Source of the DNA: Takakia lepidozioides
Taxonomy: Eukaryota; Plantae; Bryophyta
Direction of reading: 5' to 3'
NCBI GenBank assembly: GCA_030704615.1
Contig: CM060734.1
Coordinates: 22,072,001 to 22,136,000, forward strand
DNA length: 64,000 bases
Shown: positions 11,736 to 24,181 of the stretch, piece after piece
How positions within the stretch are numbered: position 1 is the first letter of the stretch
How the letters are laid out: every line of letters begins with the position of its first letter
Notes under the pieces: generated by a model
Databases searched by the model: none
What the model was told of the DNA's origin: nothing
What the model saw: only the letters and a program-made list of their open reading frames with translations
Translations under genes and position numbers: made by a program

Positions 11736-12004
11736 TGTCGCGCACCTCACTTCGGTAAGCTCCCCTTCAAGTCATAGTTACTCGCTCCGATACGCGCGCC
11801 TGACTCCCCAACCTGGCGCCCGCCGGGCCAATGGCGCTTCGGAGCTTCGGTGCTCACCGGACATAACGGTCCCCCCTTCGCTTCCCACTAAACCCTCCAC
11901 CCTGCTTCAGCCCCCCGTTTACCTATCGCTTGCCGCTTGCCCCCACCACAAGGGCACCCCTCATGTGTCCGACCCCCCCTGCCCTAAGGCAAAGGGCCGC
12001 GACA
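11736..12004 (-). repeat. 3' LTR (269 bp, ~460-bp internal deletion)
   Basis: Matches 17185-17344 and then 17815-17915; adjacent purine tract at 12005-12016 (rc GGTAGGGGTGTG). Confidence 0.85.
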
Positions 12005-15000
12005 CACACCCCTACCAACAGGGAGTCGTTGTCCTCATCGACTTGTCATTTTGTAGAAAGAACATCCAAGTTGTGGCGTCCCACCTCAAGGAGTTTGTTT
12101 CCGCACCATGGGTCCCATGGCAAAGAACCAAACCCCCACACTTGATCTCACCTCCACTAGCTAGTTCGGCATGACTTCCTCCAAGTGTCCCGGCCAAGGG
12201 TGGAGCCTCTCCAGCTCCTCCAGTGCACTCTTCTTGGCCTAATTCAAGGCCAAGGAACGATCCTCCCGAGGATCGCTCGAATCGTTACTGGCAACAACAT
12301 TGCTGCGACCGCTCATGATGCCGCTTTTGGCATCACCTTGAGCAAGGGTTTCCTGGAACCCTCTTGACTAGGAAGAGATAACCTTGACACCAACCGCGTG
12401 CGCCCCAATCATTACAATTGGGTCCGCCTTGAATGAATGCTGGCCTGAGGTACGGGAACACGCCGAGCCGCACTACGACTTCGTCCCGAGGCTACACGAT
12501 TATGTACGTGAACGGAAACACGTGGCTTCCGTGTTAGCCCGGCACTACAAGGCAACCCCCTCGGTAGCGCAGTTATAGTAGTTAGTTATAGTAGACGCGC
12601 ACGCGCAAGGTGCCGCCATAAGCACGTGAACACCCAAAGAAGGCGCAGTTTCCTGCCCCCTCGGATGGGGGTCACCCGATTCGGCCACTGATTTCGGCAT
12701 CTACGCAAACACTACGATGGAACCCAATTTACCTCTCCCACTTTTATAAGCTAGCATGACATTCTACACACTAGCCAACCATCACCATGCATCACCATTC
12801 CAACCAAAATAGGACGCACAACATTTGGAACCCATTTCCTTTATAACAAATTTTGTACATACAATTTTTTTGTAATGTATCGGATTCCTCAGCTAGCTAA
12901 GCCGGGGCATGGCTAAGAGCATTTCCTCCCCACGCTTCCAAGGTTGATGTCCCCAATCAACGTTTCTTCCGCTTTTGAGGTCGCCCCTTCGAAAGCTGCA
13001 ACCGCCTCGGATTGCGTTTCCATTTCTGGGGCAACCCGCACCCAAGAGGCTCCACATGTGATAGCCCTTCAATTGTGACGAAATACTCCGTTTCTCGGTT
13101 CTTGAACCTCCTCGACTTAAGTATTGCCTCCACTCGTACTCAGGTTCATTTTCATGATCCAACAGCATAGGTGGCGGACGGACGCAACACTTGATGCCGA
13201 TTCGGACACGCTTCATCTTTGAAGTAAGGCTTCAAAAGGGAGACATGGAATATTGGGTGCACCTTGCTGTTTGCCGGGCAGTCGTAGGTCGGAAGGCGGG
13301 CTTCATCTTCAGCCGAGTCCCCATATTCTTCCCAAAGTGCCATCCCAAATCATTTACTCGTAAACTTTGGATCGCGGTCCGAGCACAATATCCTTCGGCG
13401 GGACTCCATGATGCTTTAAGAGGGGGGGGCGAAGTAACGTCAAAAGTAAAGTCGTCCTGTCTCCTGCGCCGTTGCGTCTCCTTGGTGGGGATGAAATGGC
13501 CCATTTTATAACCTATCCCCCAACCAACATGATTGCATCGAATCTTTTTGACAGCGGCATAGCGTCATGAAATCCATCGAAACGCTTTCCAAGTTCCCCT
13601 TGGAATCGGCAAGGGTTGTAACAGCCCCGTTTGCTTTTTGTACTTGCTCCGATTTGTTGGCATGTGGTGCATGTCTTGACATACTCCTCTGCCTTCTCCC
13701 TCAGTTTGGGCCAGAAATACTATTTCTTCAAGAGGTGCCCAGTGCGCTTGCTTGGTCAGCGTGGCCCGCAGGCAGGGCTATCAGCATTCTCTCAAGAGAC
13801 TATCTCTGATCCTCCCTTCGGCAGTAAGAGACGCTTTGCTTATACCGGAGGCAGTCCATTTTGACAAGTGAAAGGCGATTTATTTATTCCCCACCCCCTC
13901 AAGTCCTGCATCACGGACTTCGCCAGCTCATCCTTCCGGCAAGCCTTCCGGATCTTCCTTGGGAGCGTCGTCTTGCCCTTGTACACCAACACGAGCTGCT
14001 GCTTTCTACCAGTAAGCATCGGCCACCACGTTGTCTCGTCCCGGTTTATACTGGATATCCACGTCGAACACCGCCAAAGTATCTTGCCACCTAAGTTGTT
14101 TTGGGGACAACTTGGCTGCGTGGCAAAATACTTCACCGTGACATGTCCGTCGTGAACACCTTCACTGGGTTGGAACCAACATCTAGTGGCGCCCAAAGCT
14201 CAAGACAGTGCACCCACCGCCTTCATCTATTTCTCGTGCGTCGGCCACCGTCGCTCCACTTCATTTAGGTTCTTACTTTCGTAAGCCACTGACTGGACGT
14301 CCATCTTGCATCAGTACACCCCCAATCGCGAAGTCCGACGCAATCTGTGTGTATCTCGAACGGACGATCGAACTCCGGGATTTTCAAGACAGGAGCTTCC
14401 GCCATCGCTGCTTCAATTCAGCAAAAGCTTGGCCACAAAAGGTATTCCATGCCCAGACTTTAGATTTACACAGAAGGTCTGACAGCGGCCCCGCAATCTT
14501 GGCGAAATTTCTCACATACTTCCAGTAATAGGAGGGAGTCCTAGGAAGGATCGCACTCCCGGGACCGAAGTCGGAGGCTCCCAGTCCAAGATCGCCCTCA
14601 CCTTTCTGTCATCCATTTTGACCCCATCCTGTGTAATCACATGCCCCAAGAAGCAACTCCACTTTTGTGACCCGAAGGAATTCGCACTTGAAGCTTTGGC
14701 ATACAGCTTCCCTTCCCGCAATTTTGGAACACCCCTTTTCAGGTGCGCCAGGTGCCTCCTCTTGTTTTCGAGTACACCAAGATGTCGTCGATGTACACGA
14801 TCACAAAGTCATCCAACCACTCCTGGAAAAGGCGTGTTCATCAGCGTGCTAAATGTCGCTGGTGCATTGGTGAGCCCAAAAGGCATCACCAAGAATCATA
14901 TGAACCATACCTTGTCCTGCACCGCGGTCTTCTCCTCATCTCTTCGGCCACCGAATTTGGTGATAGCCGGAGCGCAAGTCGATCCGCTGAAATACTTCGC

Positions 15001-17170
15001 TTTTGCAACCGATCGAAGAAGGTCGTTGATCCTTGGCAAAGGGTACGGTTTTTTATAGTCACCTTATTCAGAGCCCTGTAATCGACACACATCCGCGCAG
15101 CGTCCCATCCTTCTTGTCTGCAAATAGCAACGGGGCTCCGTAAGGTGACTTACTCGGCCGGAGTGTTACCCCTTTGACATTAGATCTTTTGAGCTGAGTC
15201 TTCAGCTCGACCAACTCCCTGTGGCTCAACCAGTAGGGGCGCCTTGGCAGGCGGTTCCTGAGATCCCGGTATCACCTCAATCTTGTGGTAACTCCTCTTC
15301 AGAGTGTGGCAAGCCGCAGTTGGCAAGCCGCATGGCAAATCCTCCGGCATCACATCCTGGTATTTCTCCAAAATCCCCTTGATCCAATCTGGGCTCGGCT
15401 CTCCGTCGCCTTCTCCCTTGACTTCTCTAAGGTAGAGCCAAAAACTGGGGCTCGTGTGCCTCCTCCCGGCCCACTCCTTTGCTGACATAAGGTTTATTCG
15501 CCCTCCCACGGGTTTGGGCTGTTTCCGAAACTCGTAAGACCTCGCCCCACATTCCAACATGGGAGCGTGACTACCCTCTTGGGAGCGTGACTACCCTCTT
15601 GCGGCCATCTATGACCGCTCCGGATTTGCTCAAAAAGGTCATCCCAAAATGAGATCCACTCCATCGATCTCGCAGACGGTGAAGTTCTCACGTCCCTCCC
15701 AACTCCCCAGTTGAAGAGGAACATTGAACGCCAATTTCGTCGCCAATTGCGGTTCTCTTTGGCAGAACGCACCCTCAATAGAGGCCCCTACGTCAGTCGT
15801 CGGGAGTCCAGCTTTTGTGCCGTTGCCGGTGTCATGAAGGAGTGCGACGCTCCTGTGTCCACCAACAATGACACGTTAGTTCCGGATATTATCCCATCCA
15901 CGAACAATAAGTGACTCCCTTTACGCAATGCGCCAGTTTCCTGATACAACTCACAAGAATATTTGCCTACCTTGCAAGTCCTGGCGACCACCGCTTCCAC
16001 CAAGCGACTGATGGTATCTTCCGACAGCTCCGTGGTTGCCCGAGTCATGTTCAATTGTCGGGGTTTCGTGCACTTCTTGGCCATGTGCCCGGGCTCTCCG
16101 CAATTGAAACACACTCCATCAAAGGCCGCCTTCTGTCCGCCATAAGCCGCTCCACCCGCTTTTCCTTTCGAAGCACCAGGTGCCGCCTTGACGTGTGAAG
16201 CCCTCCCTTCGATTTCCACGTGCCATTGTCGCCGCGTGGCCAATCCCACTTCTTTCCCGTCGGAAGGAGTCACCTTCCCGCCGGGTCTTCTTGTGGTTCA
16301 GCTCCGTACGGCCTTGTCTTTCACCCTAGAGACATCTGAGAAACATTCGGCCCTCTCAATTGCCTCGTTCAAAGTCTTAGATGGCTTCTCCTCCAACTTC
16401 CGCCTGGCCCATGGGGTCAGTCCCGCCACAAAGTTGAAGACCATTTCCGGTTCTGCCATGTCCGCGACTTCGAGCAAAAGCACATTGAAAGCCTGGAAAT
16501 ATCCCCGAATGTCGTCTGTTTGCTTCAAATTCCTCATCTTGTCCCGGGCAAGCCAGGACGCGTTGAGGGGCACAAACTGTCTCTTCATCAATTCCTTGAA
16601 CCCACTCCAGTTCAAGGTTTCCGGGCTTGGACCTCGGTCGTGAAGGCGTTTCTGCCACCATTGTTGAGCATAGCCCCTCAAATAGGTGGGAGCCACTTCC
16701 ACCCGATCCTCGTCACTCAATTTGGCCGCCCGGAAGTACTACTCTAGCTCCAAGAGCCAGGTGTTGAGTGCCTTCTGATTTTGGACGCCCTCGAAGGTGC
16801 CGGGTTCCTTAGGCTTCACCTTAAACTTTGCCTTAGGGGAAGTGGCATTAGCCGCCCTCAACACGTCTTTCAGCGTCCCGCCAAACTGCGCCAACAACCC
16901 TTCCCAAAAGGCTGCCGGCATAGGAGGCATCTGTTGGTCGGTCGGAGCTCTCACGGATTCCTCGGGCTCCGACTCCTTGGATTCCTCCCGCTCTTGGGCG
17001 GCCTTGTTTTCAGAAACCTGCGTCGCTTCCTCAAATGGCCACTTCGGTGACACGTCGCCTCCGTCGGGCTCACCAGGATCATCAACTTTTGGGCTGTTCC
17101 GCTTTCGCTTTGGCTTGCCCGACCCCATGATGAGGCCAATCCCAAGGACGATCGCGTACGTGAACTCTAA

Positions 17171-17182
17171 GCTCTGATACCA
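17171..17182 (-). promoter_or_regulatory. Primer-binding site for tRNA-iMet
   Basis: GCTCTGATACCA, reverse complement TGGTATCAGAGC, 2 nt inside the 5' LTR. Confidence 0.9.
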
Positions 17183-17184
17183 AG

Positions 17185-17915
17185 TGTCGCGCACCTCACT
17201 TCGGTAAGCTCCCCTTCAAGTCATAGTTACTCGCTCCGATGCGCGCGCCCTGACTCCCAACTTGGCCGCCCGGGCCAACTTGGAGCTTCGGCTGCTCACC
17301 GGGACATAACGGTCCCCCCTTCGCTTCCCACTAAACCCTCCACCTATTTGGGCCTAGGAGAATTCCCTTTGGTAGATGGCAGTCCGGAACAGCTCCCCAC
17401 TCTTTGGTCGCTTTCCGGCTCGCTCGCTTACTCACTAGTTTTTGGTCACCAACGGGCTTGCACCGTTCTCGGGGTCACTACTCCCCTTATATATACTTCT
17501 GTAGCTGTCCGCGGGGGTTTCACAACCAGCCATGCCATTTTATGGCGAACCACACGAAAACCCTCGACTCCCGGTGATGAGTCGCGGTGAGTCTTGGCCC
17601 ACTCACCACGGCCCCTATGGACCGTGATGAGTCCCAAGACTCCCCACGACTCCCACCATGAGGTCTCCGCCCCCATGGTGAGTCCTATGCCACCCCCACT
17701 AAGTCCCGCTAAGCTACCACCACCCCTTGTGGAGCCACCCCCACCGCAACCCGGTGTGCGGGGCTCCACCTAGTGAGCGCCTCCGCCTCCTTGAGTGCCT
17801 TGGGCACTCAAGGGTGCTTCAGCCCCCCGTGCCTATCGCTGCCGCTGCCCCCACCACAGGGGCAGCCCCTCATGTGTCCCGACCCCCCCTGCCCTCAAGG
17901 CAAAGGGCCGCGACA
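17185..17915 (-). repeat. 5' LTR (731 bp) of the chromovirus
   Basis: TG...CA ends; both ends match 11736-12004; followed on the minus strand by the PBS. Confidence 0.9.
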
Positions 17916-19133
17916 ATCAAGGATCAATAATGTCGATTTGTCACACTGACCTCATTGCCCATGGCCTTTGCTGATTCCAGGGAATGAGAAATCCACTTGC
18001 TAAATAGTATGCCAGTCATCCAAGCTTTCTTTTGCATTGCCATTGTTGCTCCTGACTCGCACCTTGCAATGTAGTTCCTACTGAAGTGTTTTCCCTTGAA
18101 TATATAAAAATTGGGTATGTGACCACCTGCTACATTCATGCAGGTTAGTACGCTGAGCCACTCTCGTTGGTCTGGTGTAATGGAATGTACAGCTTTTGTT
18201 CCAGTTTTGGCAAGCACCACAGCTCCACCATTCCGTCCAGCTTGGCAGCCCGATTTATCACAGTTCCAGATCCTGCAAGCATCATAGTTAAACTTGGTAT
18301 AGATCAACTCTAGGTTGGTGTAGAAAGATTGAACGTTTTGAGGGCAAAGCCCTCTAGCCCTCCCAGTCTCCAGCCCTTGAGCCACCCTCAAGCTCAAATG
18401 TGGATGTCTCTTCCTGAACCATTTGACCCAACCCCAGCCCGGGATTCCTTGCTTGAATGGTGTCAATCGCTCTTGGGTTATTTCGGCAACCTTCAACCGT
18501 AACTGCGTGAGTGTAAGGGGATGTCCGATCTCCTGCATTCGTTCTATGTATTTCACCAGCTCGGCTTCTTCAGCAGCATCTAACGTGCCCTTGGTACCCC
18601 TCCGCCGTGTTGTTGTCACACCATATACATGATTTCGCAAACTAGATGCAGGTATTCCAAAAGACTTAGCGGTTGTGACCTCTCCTGGCGACCTTGACTT
18701 CTTTCAGAACAAGCGTGTGTAACTGGTGAAGACTCCACAATACCCTCACCCCCAGCAGATCCCTTGCCCTTGCCCTCAGACTCCGAGGAGGACTGCGCCT
18801 GTTCGGCGGAAACCTTTGAACGCAGCAGTCTGATAAGGTTGAAGGATTTCTCAGCAGAGGCTCTTGCTGAGACCATACGACCAGGGTGCGTTACTTCCAA
18901 CACCCTACAGTTCGATTCCTGATGGATCAAAAATTAACCAGTTAGTAACTTTCAGTAACTGGGCAGTCCCAACAGAAAGATGTTAATTGTCAAAGGAGGA
19001 CGGGAGGCCTCCCGTCGAAGGACGACGGGAGATCACCCGTCGAACGATGTAATTTATTTAGAATAAATCGGAACTTCCGACATCTCATACTTTCAACCCA
19101 TCATAATTTCAAGCATTAACCGAGCAAACACAT

Positions 19134-19790
19134 TTCAGGCTTGTGCTTGGCCAGAATTACATGAAGGCCACACAAGATTTTAGATTACATCGCCAGTGTG
19201 TAATATAAAGACTTGTGTGACCCTCTGTCTATTTGGCTGCACCTAGAAATGTCCCGTAATGAATGTTACTAATCACTTGGGTTGTTTCTAATCAAATAGG
19301 ATATTCAATGGACCTCTGCCTACTCACACTTTCCGCCCATCATCGTAAGCAAGAACTATTCAGGCTTGTGCATGCCAAGAATTACATGAAGGCCACATAA
19401 GATTTTAGATTACATCGCCAGAGTGTAACATAAAGACTTGTGTGACCCTCTGTAACTATTTGGCTGCAACCCAAAATGTCCCATAATGAATGTTACTAAT
19501 CAAATGGGTATCAGTAGGAATCGGCAATGTATGAAGGGAGGTGTCCCGTCAAAGGACTTAAACAAAAATTCAATATAATTTGGAACAACATCCTTATAAA
19601 CTATTCCATCTCACATATGTACGTACATACATACTTCCATCTCACACATTAAACCCATCATTTGAAGCAATAACAGAGGACTCATTTTCAGAGACTTAGA
19701 ATGTCCATGCCCACAAATTGATCCACAAGATCTTAGATAACATCGCCATTGTGTTAAATAAAGTCTTGTGTATCACATTGTAGGAATGTG
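19134..19790. repeat. Two near-identical and one diverged ~225-bp direct repeats
   Basis: TTCAGGCTTGTG...GAATTACATGAAGGCCACA.AAGATTTTAGATTACATCGCCAG...AAAGACTTGTGTGACCCTCTGT at ~19134 and ~19359; diverged copy near 19690-19780. Confidence 0.8.
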
Positions 19791-20380
19791 CATGCACTCA
19801 GCATGAATTTAGATAATCATGTGGGTACTTCCTCGCCGGATAAGACTCAAATAAGTATAGTGAAATGGAGGACGGGAGGTCTCCCGTCAATGGAAGAACG
19901 GAATATCTCCGTCAATGAAATTCTGCCAGCACTCACATTTGACCCATCATCAATTAATTAATCTAGGAATTACTCCAAGTTTCTGGCTTGCCTGGGTCAT
20001 TGGCAGGATCCGACCACATGTCGAGATAATTAGGGACACCGCTCAAGTGTTTTCCCTCCATGAGCACATATTTTGTGTACCTACGAACTCGCAAACCCAA
20101 TGCAATTCCCAACATGTCAATTCACAAAACATGAGAATGTGATGATCGCCGGCGACCATCACAGTCCTTACAGAGAGTGATTGCTCATGGGAATTCTACT
20201 ACCTCACAAGTACTACCCTGAAGAAGGTCTAAATATGATGATCGCCGCCGATCATCATATTTTCTTGAAGATTTCAGTTTCAATCGGGGAAATGTAGGAC
20301 TCAAACACAAAAGCAAAACGATGCAATTCACATTTCTGGGCGAAATGAAGATTTCTATGCAAAAGCACACAACAGTTTGA

Positions 20381-21160
20381 GTGATGATCGGTGCCGATCA
20401 TCACTTCCTTCCAGCCCTAAGATCACGTTTTGATGGACAACTAACTTTGCAATGGGGGAAAGATGCAGGACTCAAACACGAAAGCAAACAATGTGAACCA
20501 CATTTCTAGCCAAAATGAAAAATACTCTACAAAATCTTGAAGCACTGTAAGTGATGATCGGTGCCGATCATCACTTCTTTGCAGGAACAAGACTGACTGC
20601 GAAAAATAAAAATAAATAAAAATAAAAATGACCTCGTTGCCGATCTGCAAAATCTTGAAGCACAATAAGTGATAATCGGTGCCGATCATCACTTCTTTGC
20701 AGGAACAAGACTGAAGGCGGTAAAAATAGAAATAAAAATAAAAAACCTGACCTCGTTGCCGATCTGCAAAATCTTGAAGCACCGGAAGTGATGATCGGTA
20801 CCGATCATCACTTCTTTGCAGGAACAAGACTGATTGCAGAGGAAAAAAAAAAAAAAAAAAAAAAAAAACTGACCTCTTTGCCGATCTGCAAAATCTTGAA
20901 GCACTGGAAGCGATGATCGGTGCCGATCATCACTTCTTTGCAGGAACAAGACTGACTGCGGGGGGGGGGGAAAAAAAAAAAAAAAAAAAACTGACCTCTT
21001 TGCCGATCTGAAAAATCTTGAAGCACTGTAAGTGATGATCGGTGCTGATCATCACTTCTTTGCAGGAATAAGACTGATTGCTTAAAAATAAAAATAAAAA
21101 ACACTGACCTCGTTGCCGATCTGGAAAATCTTGAAGCACTATAAGTGATGATCGGTGCCG
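20381..21160. repeat. Tandem array (~113-122 bp period) of a 28-30-bp palindrome with A-rich variable spacers
   Basis: AAGTGATGATCGGT(G/A)CCGATCATCACTT at 20549, 20667, 20786, 20908, 21030 and 21143 (partial), plus 20381; perfect 30-bp palindrome at 20785-20814. Confidence 0.9.
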
Positions 21161-21308
21161 TCGAGCTTGTTTCCGCGGTTAAGGGTGCTCTTCCACGGAA
21201 ATACACTCTGCTTATTCCTGGGCGCGCGGTGACGTGGAGTGAGCCCGGTGACGTGGCGTGGGCGCAAGGTGACGTGGCATGAGCCCAGCTGCGCTCACGC
21301 GACCAGGC

Positions 21309-23866
21309 TCACGCCGAGGCATCCCTGCTATCAAGCGAACCTCGTGGAGTCTCTGCAAGCGATTTCACGGCTTGAATTAAATTTAGAAATTGAAGTGGTT
21401 GCTTCTGTTTTCCCGTCATTGGCTTCATTTTTGCGTCAAGGTAGGGGTTCCCGAGAGCATTCTTAAAGTGCACAAACTGGGCCTTGTTGATTTCGTACTT
21501 ATGTTTGATGGCGGTCCACTCCAACTTTGTGTATGGATGTCAGTTGTCCTTCGTCGGCTCCTTAAATCCAAAACCGACCATGATATCATCAATAATGTGC
21601 CTCCTCAACTTCTTACTTGCAATATCCTCTAGACTCAAAACATCGGGGTCAGACCCAGTGTATGGATGACGCATCGACACTTTGTTTTTGAGTAACATGT
21701 GGGCAACCTTCCAAATCTGGCTGTCGTCCAAACCCTGCAGTCGAGCAACGCTAGATCTTTCATGGGGATATTCCCTTTGGGGTCAATGAGCTCGCCCTTC
21801 TCCCATTTCATGAACACTCTTGTCCAGCAATTCCAGGTCCGATCAGAGGTGAACACAAGTGGCATTGCCTCTTTGTCGCTTTTCACATCCAGAATGGTTT
21901 GATCAGCTCCGACCATGAAATCCTGCACATACCAGCAAGTGTAGTTAACTACCACGGGAGGTCTCCCTTGCTAACTTTCACATTCAGCCAACACTTCCGG
22001 CTGACTTCCAGCTAACTCCAGCACTTCAAACACTTCCAGCTAACTTTCTACAAACACCTTCAACTGATGATTTAAACCAACCAAGAGGATGTTGACAATT
22101 GGTCACTCTTTCTGGAGTGTCTCATACTTTGTATTGCGGTGCTTCTCCATTTCCTCTTTCTGGTGACATTCTCGACCTAGAACAAAGTCAAACCTGTGTA
22201 CAGAAACACTTAAGTAACCAAGAGACAATCATATCATGAAGCATCATCCCCAACTTGAAATCTTGATGGTGCGTGGATCTCTTCCAGATCGAGAATGTCA
22301 CCAGATTGGAGAAAGAGAGAAGCACCGCAAAACAAAGCAGAACACATCCCAGATGACCTCAACGGGAGAGAAGTTGCTGGGACAACAAATGTGGTTGCTG
22401 GTGTGTGGGCGATGAAATTGGATTTCGATCGACTATAATGTAGACATCCATTGCATCGCTGCAGTGATAGAATGGAAAGAAAGGACGGGAGACCTCCAGT
22501 GGTCAGAATCACCTTCCATTGCTGAGTCTCAACCCGACGATGCTCATCATACTTCTGGGGCCGCTCCTTGTAATTGTAATATTTTCTGCAGTGACGGACC
22601 TTCTCATAGAAAGACGGTTCGTAAAGATTCTCCTTGTTGGGCTTGTTCAGAACCTTGGAGATAGTCACCAGTCGAAGCTCATCTGTCGAGTACACTATCT
22701 AAGTAGGCCATGTACGTAGCGATTTTATCATGACATCATTACTCAGTGCCGGATCCTCCAAGAGCTCCTGCAATCATTACAGTTCAGTTGATTAGCAGTA
22801 GAAGAGAGACAATCGAAAATGGACAGTGGACAAATACATGGTCAAATAGTAAGTAGAATTTCTCAAAGGTGAGTCAGCAAGGGAGACCTCCCCTGACCTG
22901 GGCTGCCATCAATGTATGTTGGCCTCCGATAATAAAATATGTCGCCTTCTGCTTTGAGTCAATTAGGTTGTACGCAACTAGCCTTGATTTAATCTCCAGC
23001 TTGTGCTTCTCACAAAGTGGTCGATAAACCATATGCTGCGGGGCCAGAAAACAGTGGTTGATGTCCACTTCCTGAACGTATTCAAATCCAAACGGGAATA
23101 TATCCTGGTATTGCTCGATGAGAGTCGTCTTGACCTTCTTCGCCTCATCCAGGTCGAAAATCTCGTCAGTCTTCAGGTGCCTCTTTTCTTGGCTATTCAC
23201 TATATCGATGGTCTTTCGTTGTTTTCTTCCCCCCTCTTCTTCGTCATCATCTCCATTTCCTTCTTTTGGCTTTCTAGTTTTTTTCGGTTTCTTCTTCGTG
23301 TCCTCCAACTACTTTTGCTCCGATTGGAGTCATTGTACCTCCAATTGTTGTCTCTCCTTAGCATTATTGTAGAGAATTCCGTCAAGGTACTCCCAGCTCT
23401 TGAGGATTTCCATCTCTAGGTCGTCTTCGACAACAGGGACCCTGAATCTCATCCGAATCGCAAATCCCATCAGATCACTACTCAGATTCATGGCATCCAC
23501 AGAGAACCCAAATACCTTCTCCCCTTTCCTGGCGTTCTCGCGGATGAACACAGCAAGGGTAACCCTGTTATCCCTCACGGAGTCCTCCGTTTCAATTCCC
23601 AACACATCACAACACAAAAGTGTTTTGTTTTCCGCACCGATCTGGTAACGGAAGATGGCTTTCTCTAGATTCGGGGAGTCAGCAACGTCGATACCCCAAT
23701 AGTCAATACTCCTCTTTAGCTCGTAAAAGCCATCATGCTTTATTGTGAATCCTTCAATGTGTGGATATATGAAGGAACCGGCCATTTCGGTGCTCATCAC
23801 TGCGACTGATTCCTTCGGAATCTCAGCACAATCAACAAAAGAACAACCCGCTAATATAAACACCAA
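21309..23866 (-). pseudogene. Spliced, degraded gene for a ParB/Srx-like domain protein
   Basis: ORF pieces 23330-23866, 22874-23308 (EVDINHCFLAPQHMVYRPL...TYFIIGGQHTLMAAQ, then a GT donor), ~22510-22720 (RTWPT*IVYSTDELRLVTISKVLN), 21635-21955, 21540-21731 and 21309-21524. IIGGQH resembles the ParB/Srx IIDGxHR motif. Confidence 0.55.
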
Positions 23867-24181
23867 ATAACAACCAACACAACGGTCTTTCCGAACCGTA
23901 TGGAGCTATATCTCAATTCAAGGACGGGAGATCTCCCGTGACAGCAATGAACAATACCACCAATAAGGATAATTCAAGTTCTCATAAACACAACACATAA
24001 ACAACAACATGGAGGTTTCAGAACTTCAATTAGTAGTTTATAAATCAAAACCCAGGGTGCTTCAAGTACCAAAGATGTACTTCAATACAGTGACGGGAGA
24101 CCTCCCGTGATCAGCTCACAAAACGCAACCCCACCTACACTTTCCAAACCCTAAACCTCTAGAAGCAACCCCACCTACCAT

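Larger units (their letters stand above)
11736..17915 (-). mobile_element. Full-length Ty3/Gypsy chromovirus LTR retrotransposon with many frameshifts
   Basis: Termini TGTCGCG...CGCGACA; TSD ATCAA at 11731-11735 and 17916-17920. Gag (PGTFEG, CFNCGEPGHMAKKC), protease LVDTGASH, RT MCVDYRALNK, RNase H, integrase SMDF, HPIFHVSLLKPY and chromodomain start EPEYE near 13140. Confidence 0.95.
10519..18900 (-). mobile_element. pogo/Fot1-like (Tc1-mariner) transposase, HTH-CENPB + DDE_1, interrupted by a Gypsy insertion
   Basis: 17924-18670: FGIPASSLRNH, EEAELVKYI, GWVKWFRKRHP, IWNCDKSG, KAWMT. The frame resumes past the LTR element at 11735: DGHNS...LPSHTSHALQPLDVAVFKPFK. C-terminal region 10519-11277. 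TIRs not identified. Confidence 0.85.

Noticed and set aside
20381-21160. CRISPR array (palindromic repeat with regular spacing)
   Set aside because: Eukaryotic context, no cas genes, and the inter-repeat sequence is conserved apart from homopolymer tracts rather than unique spacers.
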